Assembly (NCBI GenBank): GCA_049423385.1
Contig: JBMSQQ010000008.1
Location: 1-52,266 of the forward strand
Direction of reading: 5' to 3'
DNA from: Silvanigrellaceae bacterium
GTDB taxonomy: Bacteria > Bdellovibrionota_B > Oligoflexia > Silvanigrellales > Silvanigrellaceae
Length of the DNA stretch: 52,266 nucleotides
Of this stretch, positions 41,720 to 52,029 are shown one piece after another. The translations under genes and the position numbers were made by a program. How positions within the stretch are numbered: the first letter of the stretch is position 1; every line of letters begins with the position of its first letter. The notes under the pieces were generated by a model. It saw only the letters and a list, made by a program, of their open reading frames with translations. It was not told the DNA's origin and did no database searches.

Positions 41720-43686
41720 TTCTGCCGAAGTCCACGGGTTGCTCTTTCATGCGAAAGCAAAGTGCATTGGCAACGCTCTTCATTTTGTCTGGATTCGCCA
41801 CTGCGTGTGAATCCAAAAACCTGTTGCAAACGTCGGCCATCCGCCACGCTCATAACTCCGCTTCACTTTTCCAGTATTCTCTCGAGAAAAACCCTGACAC
41901 CGTGTTGCACAGGCTGGAAACTTTTGTTTCGGGTTGGACAACGAACAGAGCCGATTTTATCGCTGATCTTGGTCTACGTTTTGACAAATTGATCCTCGAA
42001 CTGGATGGTCTGGCCGTCGCTGAAAATGTCGCTTCAGGTGCCAACATTCTCAAGAAAATTGCCGAATCCCATGCTCAGTCTGTTGAATTGGCTCAGCAGG
42101 AGCAGTCCGAGGAACTCAAGGGCCTGTGGTTGAAATGGACAGAACGGCTTCTGTTGACACGAAGCGCGCTCCAGCATTTTTACTCGGAAACAAAACTGAA
42201 CGAATTTGAGAGATTTATCGACAGCGGCAAACTCGACGAGGCATTTGCTTTGATGCCCGAACTCAAGCAGCTGCTTCATCCCATGCACGAGGCCCGGCTC
42301 GTTTCGATCTATCGGGCCAACTCGGCAAGTCCTGTCCTTTCAGCTCCCTTGCTCGACTTGATCGCAAGCTCGGGTGGCCCATTGGCAAGGCTGTTTCTTT
42401 ATCAGCGATTCAATGCAGCGCCGTCGCTGGAACTTGCCGAGGCCATCGGCAGAACAGGACTCCCGAGAACGACAGACCTGTTGGGTGAGAATGGCTTTTT
42501 GGGAAATGGCCCCATTTTTCAAGCAACGGAAAGACAAGCCGGAAACAAAACGCTCGACAGTATCAGGGACTTTCCCGAGCGCTGGAAAGACATGAAGAAC
42601 TACCTCGACAGCTTGAAAAAGATCCCGGACAGACTGGCGAAAGCCCGCAGCTTCTGGATTGAAATGCATGCCAGGATGGAACGCAGTCTCTCTGGTTTGC
42701 CGCTCGACAAGGAAAAAATCGACGAACTCAAGAAGAAAATCCTTCAGTCGTTCGGAAGCAATGCACCTGCAGAAAAATTTCGTTACGTCCGTGACGGAAT
42801 CGAATTTCAGGAAGGTGACATTGTATTGATTCAGTTGGGTGAAACCGGCGGTCTATGGGAGTCGTTCACAGGCTCGGGAACGTTGCTTTCACACATGCAA
42901 ATGGTCACTTTCGATCCGCTTGGACTGCCTTACGCAATAGAGATGAATTATGGTCGAATCATGGTCTCGCCGCTCGACCTGACAGCCGATCGCTACGTGG
43001 TGGTCAGACTCAGAAACACTTCCGATGCAATGCTCAAAAGAATTCACAATTCGTTTTTGAAGATCCAGTCGATGGACCTTGAATATGACTTCAGGTTTGA
43101 ATCGATAAATCATCAAAAGCTCTATTGTTCCGAACTTGCTGCTGCAATTCTCGAGGATTCAGAAACGGGAGTCACCCCTTTCGCATTCTCACCGAAGTCT
43201 GAACGTGCAAATGAACTTTTGAAAAAAACCGGCGTGCGCTCTGAAAGTTTCTTCAGTCAAGGCAGCTATCTGGGCAGCTCACAGTTCACACTTGTTGCCG
43301 AAAGAATTCATGGTGATCCTGCTCTTCTCATCAAGGGTCAAATGTTGCTGGATGCCTTCAACGCCCATCTGTCCGAGTCTTCAGGTGTACTGCTGCGGAA
43401 GCACGCGGACTCCCATACCATCTACGGACTTGCTGCATTGGCGCAAACACTCGAGCCCGAATTGCGCAGAGGTCTTGGCCCCCAATCCTTTCTCTTTTCA
43501 GTCATGGTGCTCGATCGGCTTGTTCACTCCATCGACAACGATGTTCGGAACTCACCCGTTTACCTGAACCGTTCGCGGAGTCACCTTCAATCAAGAATCA
43601 CTGTCTTGAAGGACTCCATTTCAGCTGCACTCGCTCAAGCAATACCGGACAATCTTGAAGCTGTTTTTCCCAAACAGAACCCATAA
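41716..43686 (+). CDS. Lipoprotein with C-terminal permuted papain-like (YiiX/YebB NlpC/P60) domain
   Basis: ATGA-coupled to the upstream gene; SGFATA-C lipobox; EGDIVL...SHMQM...YDFRF...KLYCSEL (His before Cys = permuted). Confidence 0.75.
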   Translation: MILPKSTGCSFMRKQSALATLFILSGFATACESKNLLQTSAIRHAHNSASLFQYSLEKNPDTVLHRLETFVSGWTTNRADFIADLGLRFDKLILELDGLAVAENVASGANILKKIAESHAQSVELAQQEQSEELKGLWLKWTERLLLTRSALQHFYSETKLNEFERFIDSGKLDEAFALMPELKQLLHPMHEARLVSIYRANSASPVLSAPLLDLIASSGGPLARLFLYQRFNAAPSLELAEAIGRTGLPRTTDLLGENGFLGNGPIFQATERQAGNKTLDSIRDFPERWKDMKNYLDSLKKIPDRLAKARSFWIEMHARMERSLSGLPLDKEKIDELKKKILQSFGSNAPAEKFRYVRDGIEFQEGDIVLIQLGETGGLWESFTGSGTLLSHMQMVTFDPLGLPYAIEMNYGRIMVSPLDLTADRYVVVRLRNTSDAMLKRIHNSFLKIQSMDLEYDFRFESINHQKLYCSELAAAILEDSETGVTPFAFSPKSERANELLKKTGVRSESFFSQGSYLGSSQFTLVAERIHGDPALLIKGQMLLDAFNAHLSESSGVLLRKHADSHTIYGLAALAQTLEPELRRGLGPQSFLFSVMVLDRLVHSIDNDVRNSPVYLNRSRSHLQSRITVLKDSISAALAQAIPDNLEAVFPKQNP

Positions 43687-43866
43687 AAAGGCATTCAACG
43701 ACAGGTTAAAATTTGCCTCCCTGTCGCCGAACCCAACGGGCACTGCAAAAACGACTGCAAAAGTTCTCCCGACGCCACCGATACCTCTCATGACTCATTG
43801 GCACTTAGAGGTTGATGGGTTGCGTGGCGCATGGATGCGCGACGTCTATGCCATGGAGGGCTCCCA

Positions 43867-44196
43867 ATGCCTGATTTTTTCCTGACCCAAAAGCTGAAAA
43901 AGCTGTGCGAGTCTCCTTGCACTTTGCTGTGGCTTGAGGGCTCGAAGCACGAGCGTGTTCTTTCGGTGCGATTGCAGGATCGGAGACTGGTGCTGAAACT
44001 TTCAGACCAGACAAGCCGGGTCGTTGCATTCGACAAGTACTCAGTCACATCTGTTGGCCTGCAATTCTGGTCCAATGGGCGTCCGGGAGTTCTGTACCGT
44101 TGGGAACAGGTTCCGCGCGAAACAATCGATGGCAAGCAAAAAACAACGCTCAGGATCACGGATACGGGTGAAGACCCGCCACCCACTGCCGCCTGA
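43867..44196 (+). CDS. Hypothetical protein (~109 aa)
   Basis: GGAGG RBS before ATG 43867; converges on the next gene with a 5-bp gap. Confidence 0.55.
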   Translation: MPDFFLTQKLKKLCESPCTLLWLEGSKHERVLSVRLQDRRLVLKLSDQTSRVVAFDKYSVTSVGLQFWSNGRPGVLYRWEQVPRETIDGKQKTTLRITDTGEDPPPTAA

Positions 44197-44201
44197 CCTT
44201 T

Positions 44202-45812
44202 TCAGCGTTCATCGAGCTGACAGCCCAAGAGCTCCTTGTAGTATTTATCAACCTCAAGAGCGTACCTTTCTTGCACCCCGGACTTTCCGTTGTGCAAATA
44301 TGCCAGCGAATAGAGGTCGGTCGGGCCGGCGGATGCCGATTCGGCCAACAGTCTTAAACTGAATTCAAGGTTCGTCATGATATTGTGGGCAATTCCGAAC
44401 CAAAGTGGATCATCGTCAACGATCCATCTTCCAGCGGGAGTTCTGGCTTTCGAGACCTTGGCAATGCCCACCCCCTTGCATTGGCCTTTCCAGCATTGAT
44501 CTCCCCAAAGCCCCAAACGCGATTCTTTCATCACAAAAGCCATGTGCGCCTCTACAGGACGAACGCGTCCCAGAGACCAGGCACGAAAACCCTGCGCCGC
44601 TGGGCTGTCGCTCTCGAGGATCACACGCTGAAAACATTTTTTCAAAAACCGCGCGCGGGTGCACATGTCCATGGCCTGAAATTCCGGAACCCTGAGCAAA
44701 GCCGCCGAATCTGGTCGATCCAAAGGATAAGTCACATTTCTCGACAAAGAGGCCAGGCGCTCGTTGCGAGTCGAAAAATCCGCAGTTCCAGGTCGCTCGT
44801 CCCATGCATAGATGCAATAGGTGGGCGCCTTGACAGGAGGCTCCTGCTGTTCGCTCACCACAGGTTTTGCAGGCGGAAATTCACGCGCGGGAGTGGGATT
44901 TGGTTCGGGAACCTTGATGACTTTCTTGCGTGGATCAGGCTTTGCAGTTGGGGTTGGAGCAGGTTTCTCCACGGAGGCAGGTGCCTCCTTTTTTTTTGCG
45001 GACTCGACCGCATCAGTCTTTGAACCCTTGGACTGGGATTCAGCCGAACGACCGTCAACACCATCATCGATGACAATGATTTTTCGAACATCTGACTGTG
45101 ATGGTGTGCCGGAATCGTATTTTCGCGGAACAAGCTTGCCTTCTGACGACGGTGCCGATTTACCATCGCCCGACTTCAGCTCGGGAGCAGCAAACTTTTT
45201 CTTCTCTGCGATTTCGTTCTGCACCCGCTCAAAAAGATCTTCAGACCAAGCCATTTGAAGACAGGGTGATTGATCCGTATATGACAATTTGGTCCGACAC
45301 GCGGAAACTTGTTCCTGGGTGAAGGGACCATAGACATTGCCAGACGACAGGCAGACACCACCGGGCATGAGTTTTCCACCTGGCGGACATCCCCCCGAAT
45401 ACTTCTCTTTCAGTTTGTCGAAAAACTCCAAGGGCCAGTCCTGACGCTGAACGCAAATTCCAGCATCGGAAGGAAAAAGTTCGCGACACAATTCCTGCAG
45501 CTCTAGTGGGAATGGACCCAATACAACCCCTCCGCGGGTGATGCACCTTCGCGGATTGGAAACATAAACAGAATCCTCGGGACACACGCCAGGAGCAGAA
45601 ACCTCGACCGGTTCTGTTGGCCTCGCAGCAGATGTGGTTGACTTGACGGTTTCAGTATCACTTTTGCTGGGTGACGTCTTTTTTGAAACACATGCACAAA
45701 TCAAGCCAAACGCTGCAAAAAGCAACTGTCCTTGTCGACGACTTGAGTTTGAAAAAAAACGCACGCGGACCGCCTCTCGTTGCAAATCCCGATGAAAATG
45801 ATTTGGGGACAA
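44202..45812 (-). CDS. Lipoprotein with two Cys-rich repeats, Pro/Lys linker and C-terminal lysozyme/SLT-like domain; start uncertain
   Basis: GLICA-C lipobox; two CP..C..GPF..C..C..W repeats; PAPTPTAKP linker; AFVMKESRLG, GVGIAKV, NIMTNLEFSLRLL, AYLHNG, YALEV resemble SLT motifs I-IV. Confidence 0.6.
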   Translation of the reverse strand: MSPNHFHRDLQREAVRVRFFSNSSRRQGQLLFAAFGLICACVSKKTSPSKSDTETVKSTTSAARPTEPVEVSAPGVCPEDSVYVSNPRRCITRGGVVLGPFPLELQELCRELFPSDAGICVQRQDWPLEFFDKLKEKYSGGCPPGGKLMPGGVCLSSGNVYGPFTQEQVSACRTKLSYTDQSPCLQMAWSEDLFERVQNEIAEKKKFAAPELKSGDGKSAPSSEGKLVPRKYDSGTPSQSDVRKIIVIDDGVDGRSAESQSKGSKTDAVESAKKKEAPASVEKPAPTPTAKPDPRKKVIKVPEPNPTPAREFPPAKPVVSEQQEPPVKAPTYCIYAWDERPGTADFSTRNERLASLSRNVTYPLDRPDSAALLRVPEFQAMDMCTRARFLKKCFQRVILESDSPAAQGFRAWSLGRVRPVEAHMAFVMKESRLGLWGDQCWKGQCKGVGIAKVSKARTPAGRWIVDDDPLWFGIAHNIMTNLEFSLRLLAESASAGPTDLYSLAYLHNGKSGVQERYALEVDKYYKELLGCQLDER

Positions 45813-45871
45813 TCGTGATTTTACCTCTCAAAGCCCTGCGAACAATAATAACCACAGAGGGTGTCAATATT

Positions 45872-47746
45872 TCAGGGTTTGCGCCCCTCCAGAGTCTCCC
45901 GATAGGACTTGAGGCAGACGTGCAGATACTCAACACCCATGACAACGTCGAAGCCCGCTTTTGTGCAGACCGACACATTCCAGACCGGGGTGAGCACGAC
46001 AGTTGTCTTCGGATCTGCAAACAACCATTCGGCCTCACCTGTTCCAAGAACCACAGGCTCCTGGCTGGCACTCACGACATTTGGACTGTACAGATCGGCT
46101 GTCGAAAGCTTTTCGCCCAAGCCAAGAAACATGCGCGCTCGTGCTGTTGATTGTTGAACGACGCCAGTCATGACATCTTCGGCGGCGGGAACCACAAACA
46201 ACATGAGCGCTGTGCATGCCAGCATCTGCAGCATCGACAATATCCGCACCACGCCCAGGGAGTGAAGACTGGTCAGCCTGCGTGTCACTCCAGCTCTGGA
46301 TATCCAGCTTTTCAGGATGGTGGCAGCGAGCAACAGCGAGATTCCAGAAATGAAAAAACCTGCGGCCAATTCAACTCGGCGCAACAATGCCGAGGCTAAA
46401 ATCGCAGATTCGCGTTCCTTGAGCTGGAAATAGTCCGCAAGCAAGGGTTCCCAGAGCAGCAAACCAGACGCCAAAAGCAAAAAAACAACCGGAAGCAGAA
46501 ATGGAATTGAAAAGGCGATGACGCGAAGCAGACGCAGCGTTCGCGGTTTCCAGCTTTGATCACTTTCCAACGGACCCAACGATGCAAGCAAGGCCAGAGC
46601 AGGCCAAACCGGCCAAATATAATTCGGCAATTTCGTTGCCAACAATGAAAAAAACAGAGCGCAAAGCAGCGTCCACGACAGCAACCACCTGCGGACGGAA
46701 CGCAAGGCCTCCGGTGATTGTTTGCTCATATGAGTCGACCCGTTGAGTTGCGCTTTTGGAAGGAAAGCTCCAGCCATCAGCCAGGAGATCGTCAATCCGC
46801 CGCCCACCAGGAAAATCGGCAGGTAATAAGCCACCGATCCACCATGTCCTTCCATCGCAGATGTCGCCCGACCAAAATGGTGCTTGACGAAAAACTCCTC
46901 CACGAAAGCTGCGCCACCTGTCGACCACAAAAACCAGTAAAAAACTGCAGAGGCCAGTGCCGCCAACAGAGTCTGGGGAAAAAATTCCACGAGCCCGGAG
47001 CGCACGGATTCGCGAAGGAACTGAAGCTTGTTGCGCGAAAACATCGCTGCATTCTGCCAAAAACAAAACAAGAAGGCGGTGCCCGCAGGCAACACCAAAC
47101 CCACGAGGCCTTTTGTTGCGGTTGCTCCGCTCATGCCGACGAACGAGAGAAACCACCACACCCTCGCAGGCCGCATTCCAGACATTCTTGCGTGAATACG
47201 AATCGACTCACTGCAGACAAAAACCGATGTGAACAAGACCAAAAACGGGTCGAGCAACACTGCAGTTGATGCAATACTTGGAAGAAAGCACATCAAATAA
47301 AAATAAACCGGAGAAATTCCTATTCGATGCTCATGGCGTTCCTCAAAGCGGAGCTCGGGCTTGCGCCCGGTCAATTTCTTCCAGGTCTGACTCAAGAAAA
47401 ACAGGGTCAAGAAAGTAAAAACCAGGCTGACGAATCGACTTGAAAAAGCCGTCACCTGCGGCTCGGACCCGTCCAGAAGCCAGCTCGCAAGCGCCAGCGC
47501 GCCAATGTAGGTTGGAGGTTTGTGGTTGTAATTCTCGCCATTGAAGAGAGGCTGAGAGAGCCAGTGCCCTGCTGCCTTCATTTCCTCGGCCATGCGCCGA
47601 TAAATCGCCTCATCAAAATCAAACGGCTCGATTGCAAACGAGCGGATACAAAACAGAACCACCAGGCCGCCAAGAAATATTGTGACCATCGGACTGAGGA
47701 GCGCTTCGAGCGAACGCCGGCCGCCCGCCAAAACGGGTTTTGTCAT
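45872..47746 (-). CDS. ArnT/GT39-family membrane glycosyltransferase
   Basis: DFDEAIY..MAEEM, FNGENYNHKPP, TKGLVGLVLP, HHFGRA..EGHGG..YY, TKLPNYIWP; many TM segments. Confidence 0.85.
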   Translation of the reverse strand: MTKPVLAGGRRSLEALLSPMVTIFLGGLVVLFCIRSFAIEPFDFDEAIYRRMAEEMKAAGHWLSQPLFNGENYNHKPPTYIGALALASWLLDGSEPQVTAFSSRFVSLVFTFLTLFFLSQTWKKLTGRKPELRFEERHEHRIGISPVYFYLMCFLPSIASTAVLLDPFLVLFTSVFVCSESIRIHARMSGMRPARVWWFLSFVGMSGATATKGLVGLVLPAGTAFLFCFWQNAAMFSRNKLQFLRESVRSGLVEFFPQTLLAALASAVFYWFLWSTGGAAFVEEFFVKHHFGRATSAMEGHGGSVAYYLPIFLVGGGLTISWLMAGAFLPKAQLNGSTHMSKQSPEALRSVRRWLLSWTLLCALFFSLLATKLPNYIWPVWPALALLASLGPLESDQSWKPRTLRLLRVIAFSIPFLLPVVFLLLASGLLLWEPLLADYFQLKERESAILASALLRRVELAAGFFISGISLLLAATILKSWISRAGVTRRLTSLHSLGVVRILSMLQMLACTALMLFVVPAAEDVMTGVVQQSTARARMFLGLGEKLSTADLYSPNVVSASQEPVVLGTGEAEWLFADPKTTVVLTPVWNVSVCTKAGFDVVMGVEYLHVCLKSYRETLEGRKP

Positions 47747-48495
47747 TTTGAATCATCTTTCCTGATTTGCCGTTTTCCAATCGCGACCTGAACTTGGCTA
47801 AAGAAACCACGCAACATGTTTCCCTCACGCTCACTCAATTCGGCACGATTGAGGATTCTGTGAAAATAATGAAGAAGACGATCTGGATTTCCTTCTCGGG
47901 TCAGACCAACGTCAACCATCGTCTGTCGCCAATGGGAAACCAAATGGAGCAGCCCTTCCGCCGTTATGGGCCGTTCGGCTTCGAATCGCGTCTTCACGCT
48001 GGGGATTTGCTTCCCCTCGGGCAACGCGTTCCAGAGGCAACCTGCCAACACAATGCCCACAGCCTGGCTCAAATTGAGTGAAGGAACTTTGGGATTTGTC
48101 GGCAGCGTGCAAATTGCAGAGCACAAGGTCAGATCGTCCTGGGACAAGCCCGTATCCTCAGGTCCGAACACCAAATCAACCCTTTCCGAGCGTTCGGGCA
48201 GCGTGGGAAGGTCACTCCACGCCATGTCCGGACGGCGCATGTCGCCTGTGCGACGAGAAAAACCCACCGCATAGCCAGCTCCCTCAAGCGCCTCACGCAG
48301 GCTTGAGACAACCTTGAACGACTCCAAAATCGTACCTGCGTGTGTTGTGGCCAGTGCCCGCGCTTCCGAAGACAGTACGTCACAACGAGGACTCACAACC
48401 ACAACGTCGGTCACTCCAAAATTTCCCGCAAGCCGGGCTATGGCGCCAAGGTTGGTCGCATGCATCGGGTTCACAATCACAAGTCTCAAGTTCAT
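47743..48495 (-). CDS. trmJ: TrmJ/LasT-family SPOUT RNA methyltransferase
   Basis: VNPMHATNLGAIAR..NFG, VFGPEDTGL, PSLNLSQAV, EGNMLRG. Confidence 0.85.
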   Translation of the reverse strand: MNLRLVIVNPMHATNLGAIARLAGNFGVTDVVVVSPRCDVLSSEARALATTHAGTILESFKVVSSLREALEGAGYAVGFSRRTGDMRRPDMAWSDLPTLPERSERVDLVFGPEDTGLSQDDLTLCSAICTLPTNPKVPSLNLSQAVGIVLAGCLWNALPEGKQIPSVKTRFEAERPITAEGLLHLVSHWRQTMVDVGLTREGNPDRLLHYFHRILNRAELSEREGNMLRGFFSQVQVAIGKRQIRKDDSK

Positions 48496-49178
48496 CGAGC
48501 AAAAGCCTCTGGAAAATTTTCAACCAACAACATCTGCGCAGCCAGCGAAGCCTCAAGATGATGGGCCTTCCATTGCTCATGTGCGCTCGATCCCACGGTG
48601 TTGCTGACCCCAAGGCTTGCAATCCATGGCACAGCAAAGCGGTTGGCTGCGAGCGCCACACCAAAAATTTCCAGATTTTCGAGGTCGGCAAGTTCGGCCA
48701 ATTCACCTGCGAGCTGCATATCGAGAGTGATGCCTGGCGTGGACAATGCCCGCAGGCAGCCCGATTCCCCTGCAGACGGATTGGTCAAATCCGACTGCAA
48801 ATATTCGCAACGCTCGACCTTGGGAAGGTAGGACGCATTTTTTGAAAGGTCACCGTCACTCCAACCCGCTGAGGTCACAAGATGAGCGCTTTCCAAAGGA
48901 ACCTGCCGATTGTAAGCACCTGCTGTGGCAACAAAACAGATCATGCGCGGCAACGCCCCAGCAGCAGCGGCCTGCGCCAGGGTCGCGCCAAGATTCAGGG
49001 CGGCACGCGGTGTTCCAATTCCCGTCGTCAGGAATCCCAGATCACCACTCCGACGAAATGAATCACCGAGAACTTTTATGACATCGCCATTTGCAAGTGT
49101 TTCGGCCATTCGGCTCTGCTCCGGCCACCAGGCAGACACGACCCACGTCTTCAAGCCGAAAAAGTCATCGGGACTCAT
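48492..49178 (-). CDS. Nucleoside phosphorylase/hydrolase family (MTAN/MqnB-like)
   Basis: TTGIG, FVATAGAY, STPGIT, LENLEIFGVA, GVSNTVG; ATG 49178 overlaps the ABC-F stop. Confidence 0.7.
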   Translation of the reverse strand: MSPDDFFGLKTWVVSAWWPEQSRMAETLANGDVIKVLGDSFRRSGDLGFLTTGIGTPRAALNLGATLAQAAAAGALPRMICFVATAGAYNRQVPLESAHLVTSAGWSDGDLSKNASYLPKVERCEYLQSDLTNPSAGESGCLRALSTPGITLDMQLAGELAELADLENLEIFGVALAANRFAVPWIASLGVSNTVGSSAHEQWKAHHLEASLAAQMLLVENFPEAFAR

Positions 49179-51142
49179 GGCGATTCTCCCTCGGCATCCA
49201 AATTGGCAAGCGACTCGCTGGCAGAGAACCAAAGAGATTCCGTTTCCTCGAGCTGCCCACGCAAATCGGCCAATTGGGTCCCAAGCTTTTGTGCCTCGAG
49301 ATAATTGCTACCCACTTCAAGCAACATCGCTTCAAGCTCAGTTATCCTGCCTTGAATTGTTTCCATCCTTGATTCCATTTCAGAAATCTTTCGGCTCAAA
49401 CTTTGCCGTTCACGCTTTTCTTGTTGTGACACGGCACGCAAGCGCATCCGTGATTCCTTTGAACCCGAATCAGCGTTGTCACTGTGGGCAGGACTCATCC
49501 CGGAAGAAGTCGATACGTCGAGAATGTTCGGGAAACCTGAAACTTCCGCGAGTCTTGGATAGTCGTCAAGGTTGCCTTCAAAAATCGCGTTCCGGCCACC
49601 TGGAAGCATGACAAAAACATGTGTCGCAAATGAATTGATGAACTCACGATCATGACTCACGCAAAGTATCGTGCCTTCAAAATCCTGCAGGGCCTCGGAA
49701 AGAATCTCCGCACTTGACATATCGAGGTGGTTTGTCGGCTCGTCGAGAATCAAAAAATTTGAATTCTGCGCCAAAAGGATTGCCAATCCGACGCGGTTCT
49801 TTTCACCACCGGAAAGAACCTCAACCCTTTTGAACACGTCGTCGCCACGGAACAGAAAATTCCCCAACAGGGCACGCGCTTCCTTTTCAGAGAGATCTGT
49901 CCGGCGTAGAACATTTTCGAGGACTGTTGATCCTCGCTGAAGAACAGACATCTGATCCTGCGCAAAATATGCGCTGGTCACCTGATAACCAAGCTCGCAG
50001 TTTCCAACAATCTTTTGCACATTTCCCGCAATTGTTTCGAGCAGTGTGGATTTTCCAATGCCATTTGCGCCAATGACACAAATCTTTTGACCACGGATCA
50101 CATTCAAGTGCAGATTTCTGGCCAACGGCTTCTCAACGGAATAACCAATGGTCATTTGCGAAATCCGCAATACCTCTTTTCCGCTCGGTGTGGGAGTCTT
50201 CAAAGAGAATGCAACTTCGCTTTCCTTTTGTGGCAGGGCAATGTCGTCCTCCAGCGCTTGAAGCCTGGCGAGCATCTTGACACGGGCCTGAGCCTGACGC
50301 GCTTTTGTCGCCTTGGCACCGAAGCGCTCGATGAATCGGGAAAGCTCTTCCTTGCGTCGGGAAATGGCTTCAGCGCGAGCCACATCCTGCTGTTCAGCCT
50401 GCTCCTTTTGTTCAAGAAATGAGTCGAAATTTCCTTTGTAGACTCGCAACTGGCCCGATGAAATATGTGCGGTCATCGTCGCCAATCGATTGAGCAGACC
50501 CCGATCGTGGGACACAAAAAGCAGGCAGCCATGAAAATTTCGCAAATAACCTTCGACCCAGACGAGACTGGGAAGATCGAGATGGTTCGTTGGTTCGTCG
50601 AGGACCAGAAAATCAGGATCGTTCAAAAAAACCTTCGCAAGTTCGAGTCGCATTCTCCATCCACCGGACAGTGCCCGTGGATCAATCTCCAATTGCTCGA
50701 GCGAAAAACCGAGCCCTGCCAGAATTCCCCTCGCACGACTTTCCACCAAAAGCCCGCCCGCATCCTCAAAGCGTTTCTGGGCGCGTTCAAAGTTTTCCAG
50801 AGCAGCAGCTGTTCCCTCTGCAACAAGAGTTTCCTGTGCCTTTTCGAGGCTGTGCCACAATTCGCGAATGCGCCTGTGACCTTCCACGCACTCTTGCAAA
50901 ACCGTATTGCGAGGAGTTGGATTGGGCTCCTGCGGCAAATAACCAATCACGCAATCCCGAGGCCTGATGATACTCCCTGAATCACACTCTTCCGTTTCGC
51001 AGATCATGTTCAAGAGCGTTGTCTTGCCAGCACCGTTTGCACCCACCAGTGCGATTCGTTCACCGGCTGGAAAATGAAACGTGGCGTCTCGGAGAATAAC
51101 TTGTGGACCATAGGATTTGTTGATGCGCTCGATGCGTATCAC
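49175..51142 (-). CDS. ABC-F family ATPase
   Basis: Two ABC domains (GANGAGKTT, LSGGWRMR, LDEPTNHLD; GANGIGKST, LSGGEKNR, LDEPTNHLD), no TM segments, C-terminal coiled coil. Confidence 0.95.
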   Translation of the reverse strand: MIRIERINKSYGPQVILRDATFHFPAGERIALVGANGAGKTTLLNMICETEECDSGSIIRPRDCVIGYLPQEPNPTPRNTVLQECVEGHRRIRELWHSLEKAQETLVAEGTAAALENFERAQKRFEDAGGLLVESRARGILAGLGFSLEQLEIDPRALSGGWRMRLELAKVFLNDPDFLVLDEPTNHLDLPSLVWVEGYLRNFHGCLLFVSHDRGLLNRLATMTAHISSGQLRVYKGNFDSFLEQKEQAEQQDVARAEAISRRKEELSRFIERFGAKATKARQAQARVKMLARLQALEDDIALPQKESEVAFSLKTPTPSGKEVLRISQMTIGYSVEKPLARNLHLNVIRGQKICVIGANGIGKSTLLETIAGNVQKIVGNCELGYQVTSAYFAQDQMSVLQRGSTVLENVLRRTDLSEKEARALLGNFLFRGDDVFKRVEVLSGGEKNRVGLAILLAQNSNFLILDEPTNHLDMSSAEILSEALQDFEGTILCVSHDREFINSFATHVFVMLPGGRNAIFEGNLDDYPRLAEVSGFPNILDVSTSSGMSPAHSDNADSGSKESRMRLRAVSQQEKRERQSLSRKISEMESRMETIQGRITELEAMLLEVGSNYLEAQKLGTQLADLRGQLEETESLWFSASESLANLDAEGESP

Positions 51143-52029
51143 CCGACTTTACCCCTTGCGTCGATCCATTTGGTGAACTCGGCAAAGGCCTGTTCACGAT
51201 ACTTTGGCAACTCATTGAACATTTCGTGGCCAGCTCCGGGAATCTCGACGGAGCGCAGTTGTCCTCTTGGAAAGAGCGGTGCAACGGCTTTGGTCTTGGC
51301 AGGATCAACGAGTTTGTCTGCACCGGCGAACACCAATGTGACATCGGATCGTATCGATTGCACGGCTCTTGCGATCATTTCATCTTGCATGCTGCCAAGG
51401 AACACCGCTCCGAATCTTGCTGAAATCGAGAAAAGATTCAGTTCATCTGCAACATATGCGGCGTTGTTTTCAGGATTTTCGGAAATATTTTCGGGAACAA
51501 TATCCACCGGTACGGGAGTCTGTGGAGCCAATCTGGGTAGCGTTGCCGCAATCATTTTTTTCCACTGGGGAACTTTCTGGGAAATACGATAGCACGGCGA
51601 ACTCAGAAAAATCGGTGGACAACCGTTTTGCAGGATTGATGCGGCATACGTCACAAGCAAACCTCCAAAACTGTGACCCAACAAGCCGAAAAACAAATCC
51701 TTCTTCTGCTGAATTCCCAAGATGGAGCGTGCGTGATTCACCACGAACAAAACGTCAAGCACCAGGGCGTGCAGATTTTCGACGTCACCTCTCCGTGGAC
51801 CGGATTTTCCGTGTCCTCGCAAATCAAAACAGGCAAACAGCATGTTCTTGGCACAAGCTGCGGCAGCCAATTCGGCATATCGACCGCTGTGTTCTCCAAA
51901 ACCGTGAACGGCAAGAATGAGGCCTTCGATTTTTGACTCGGAGTCGGCAATTCCCGCCGGCACAAAACAACGGAAAAAAAGTTCAGTCCCATCAAAACTC
52001 TTGAGATATTCGGTACGTTCAACAGTCAT
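51139..52029 (-). CDS. Alpha/beta hydrolase (lysophospholipase/monoacylglycerol lipase-like)
   Basis: GGAGGAGAG RBS before ATG 52029; HGFGEHSGRY, DLRGHGKS, GHSFGG nucleophile, DKLV, HEMFNE. Confidence 0.9.
   Translation of the reverse strand: MTVERTEYLKSFDGTELFFRCFVPAGIADSESKIEGLILAVHGFGEHSGRYAELAAAACAKNMLFACFDLRGHGKSGPRRGDVENLHALVLDVLFVVNHARSILGIQQKKDLFFGLLGHSFGGLLVTYAASILQNGCPPIFLSSPCYRISQKVPQWKKMIAATLPRLAPQTPVPVDIVPENISENPENNAAYVADELNLFSISARFGAVFLGSMQDEMIARAVQSIRSDVTLVFAGADKLVDPAKTKAVAPLFPRGQLRSVEIPGAGHEMFNELPKYREQAFAEFTKWIDARGKVG

Noticed and set aside
43742..43784. ACTGCAAAA direct repeat and possible sigma28 promoter (AAAAGTTC...ACCGATAC)
   Set aside because: Spacing is one base short of consensus and the matches are too short to exclude chance.
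45872..52029. Hydrolase/ABC-F/nucleosidase/TrmJ/ArnT run as a resistance or novel pathway cluster
   Set aside because: Tightly coupled but functionally unrelated housekeeping-type families; no sequence evidence for an antibiotic-resistance ABC-F or a shared pathway.
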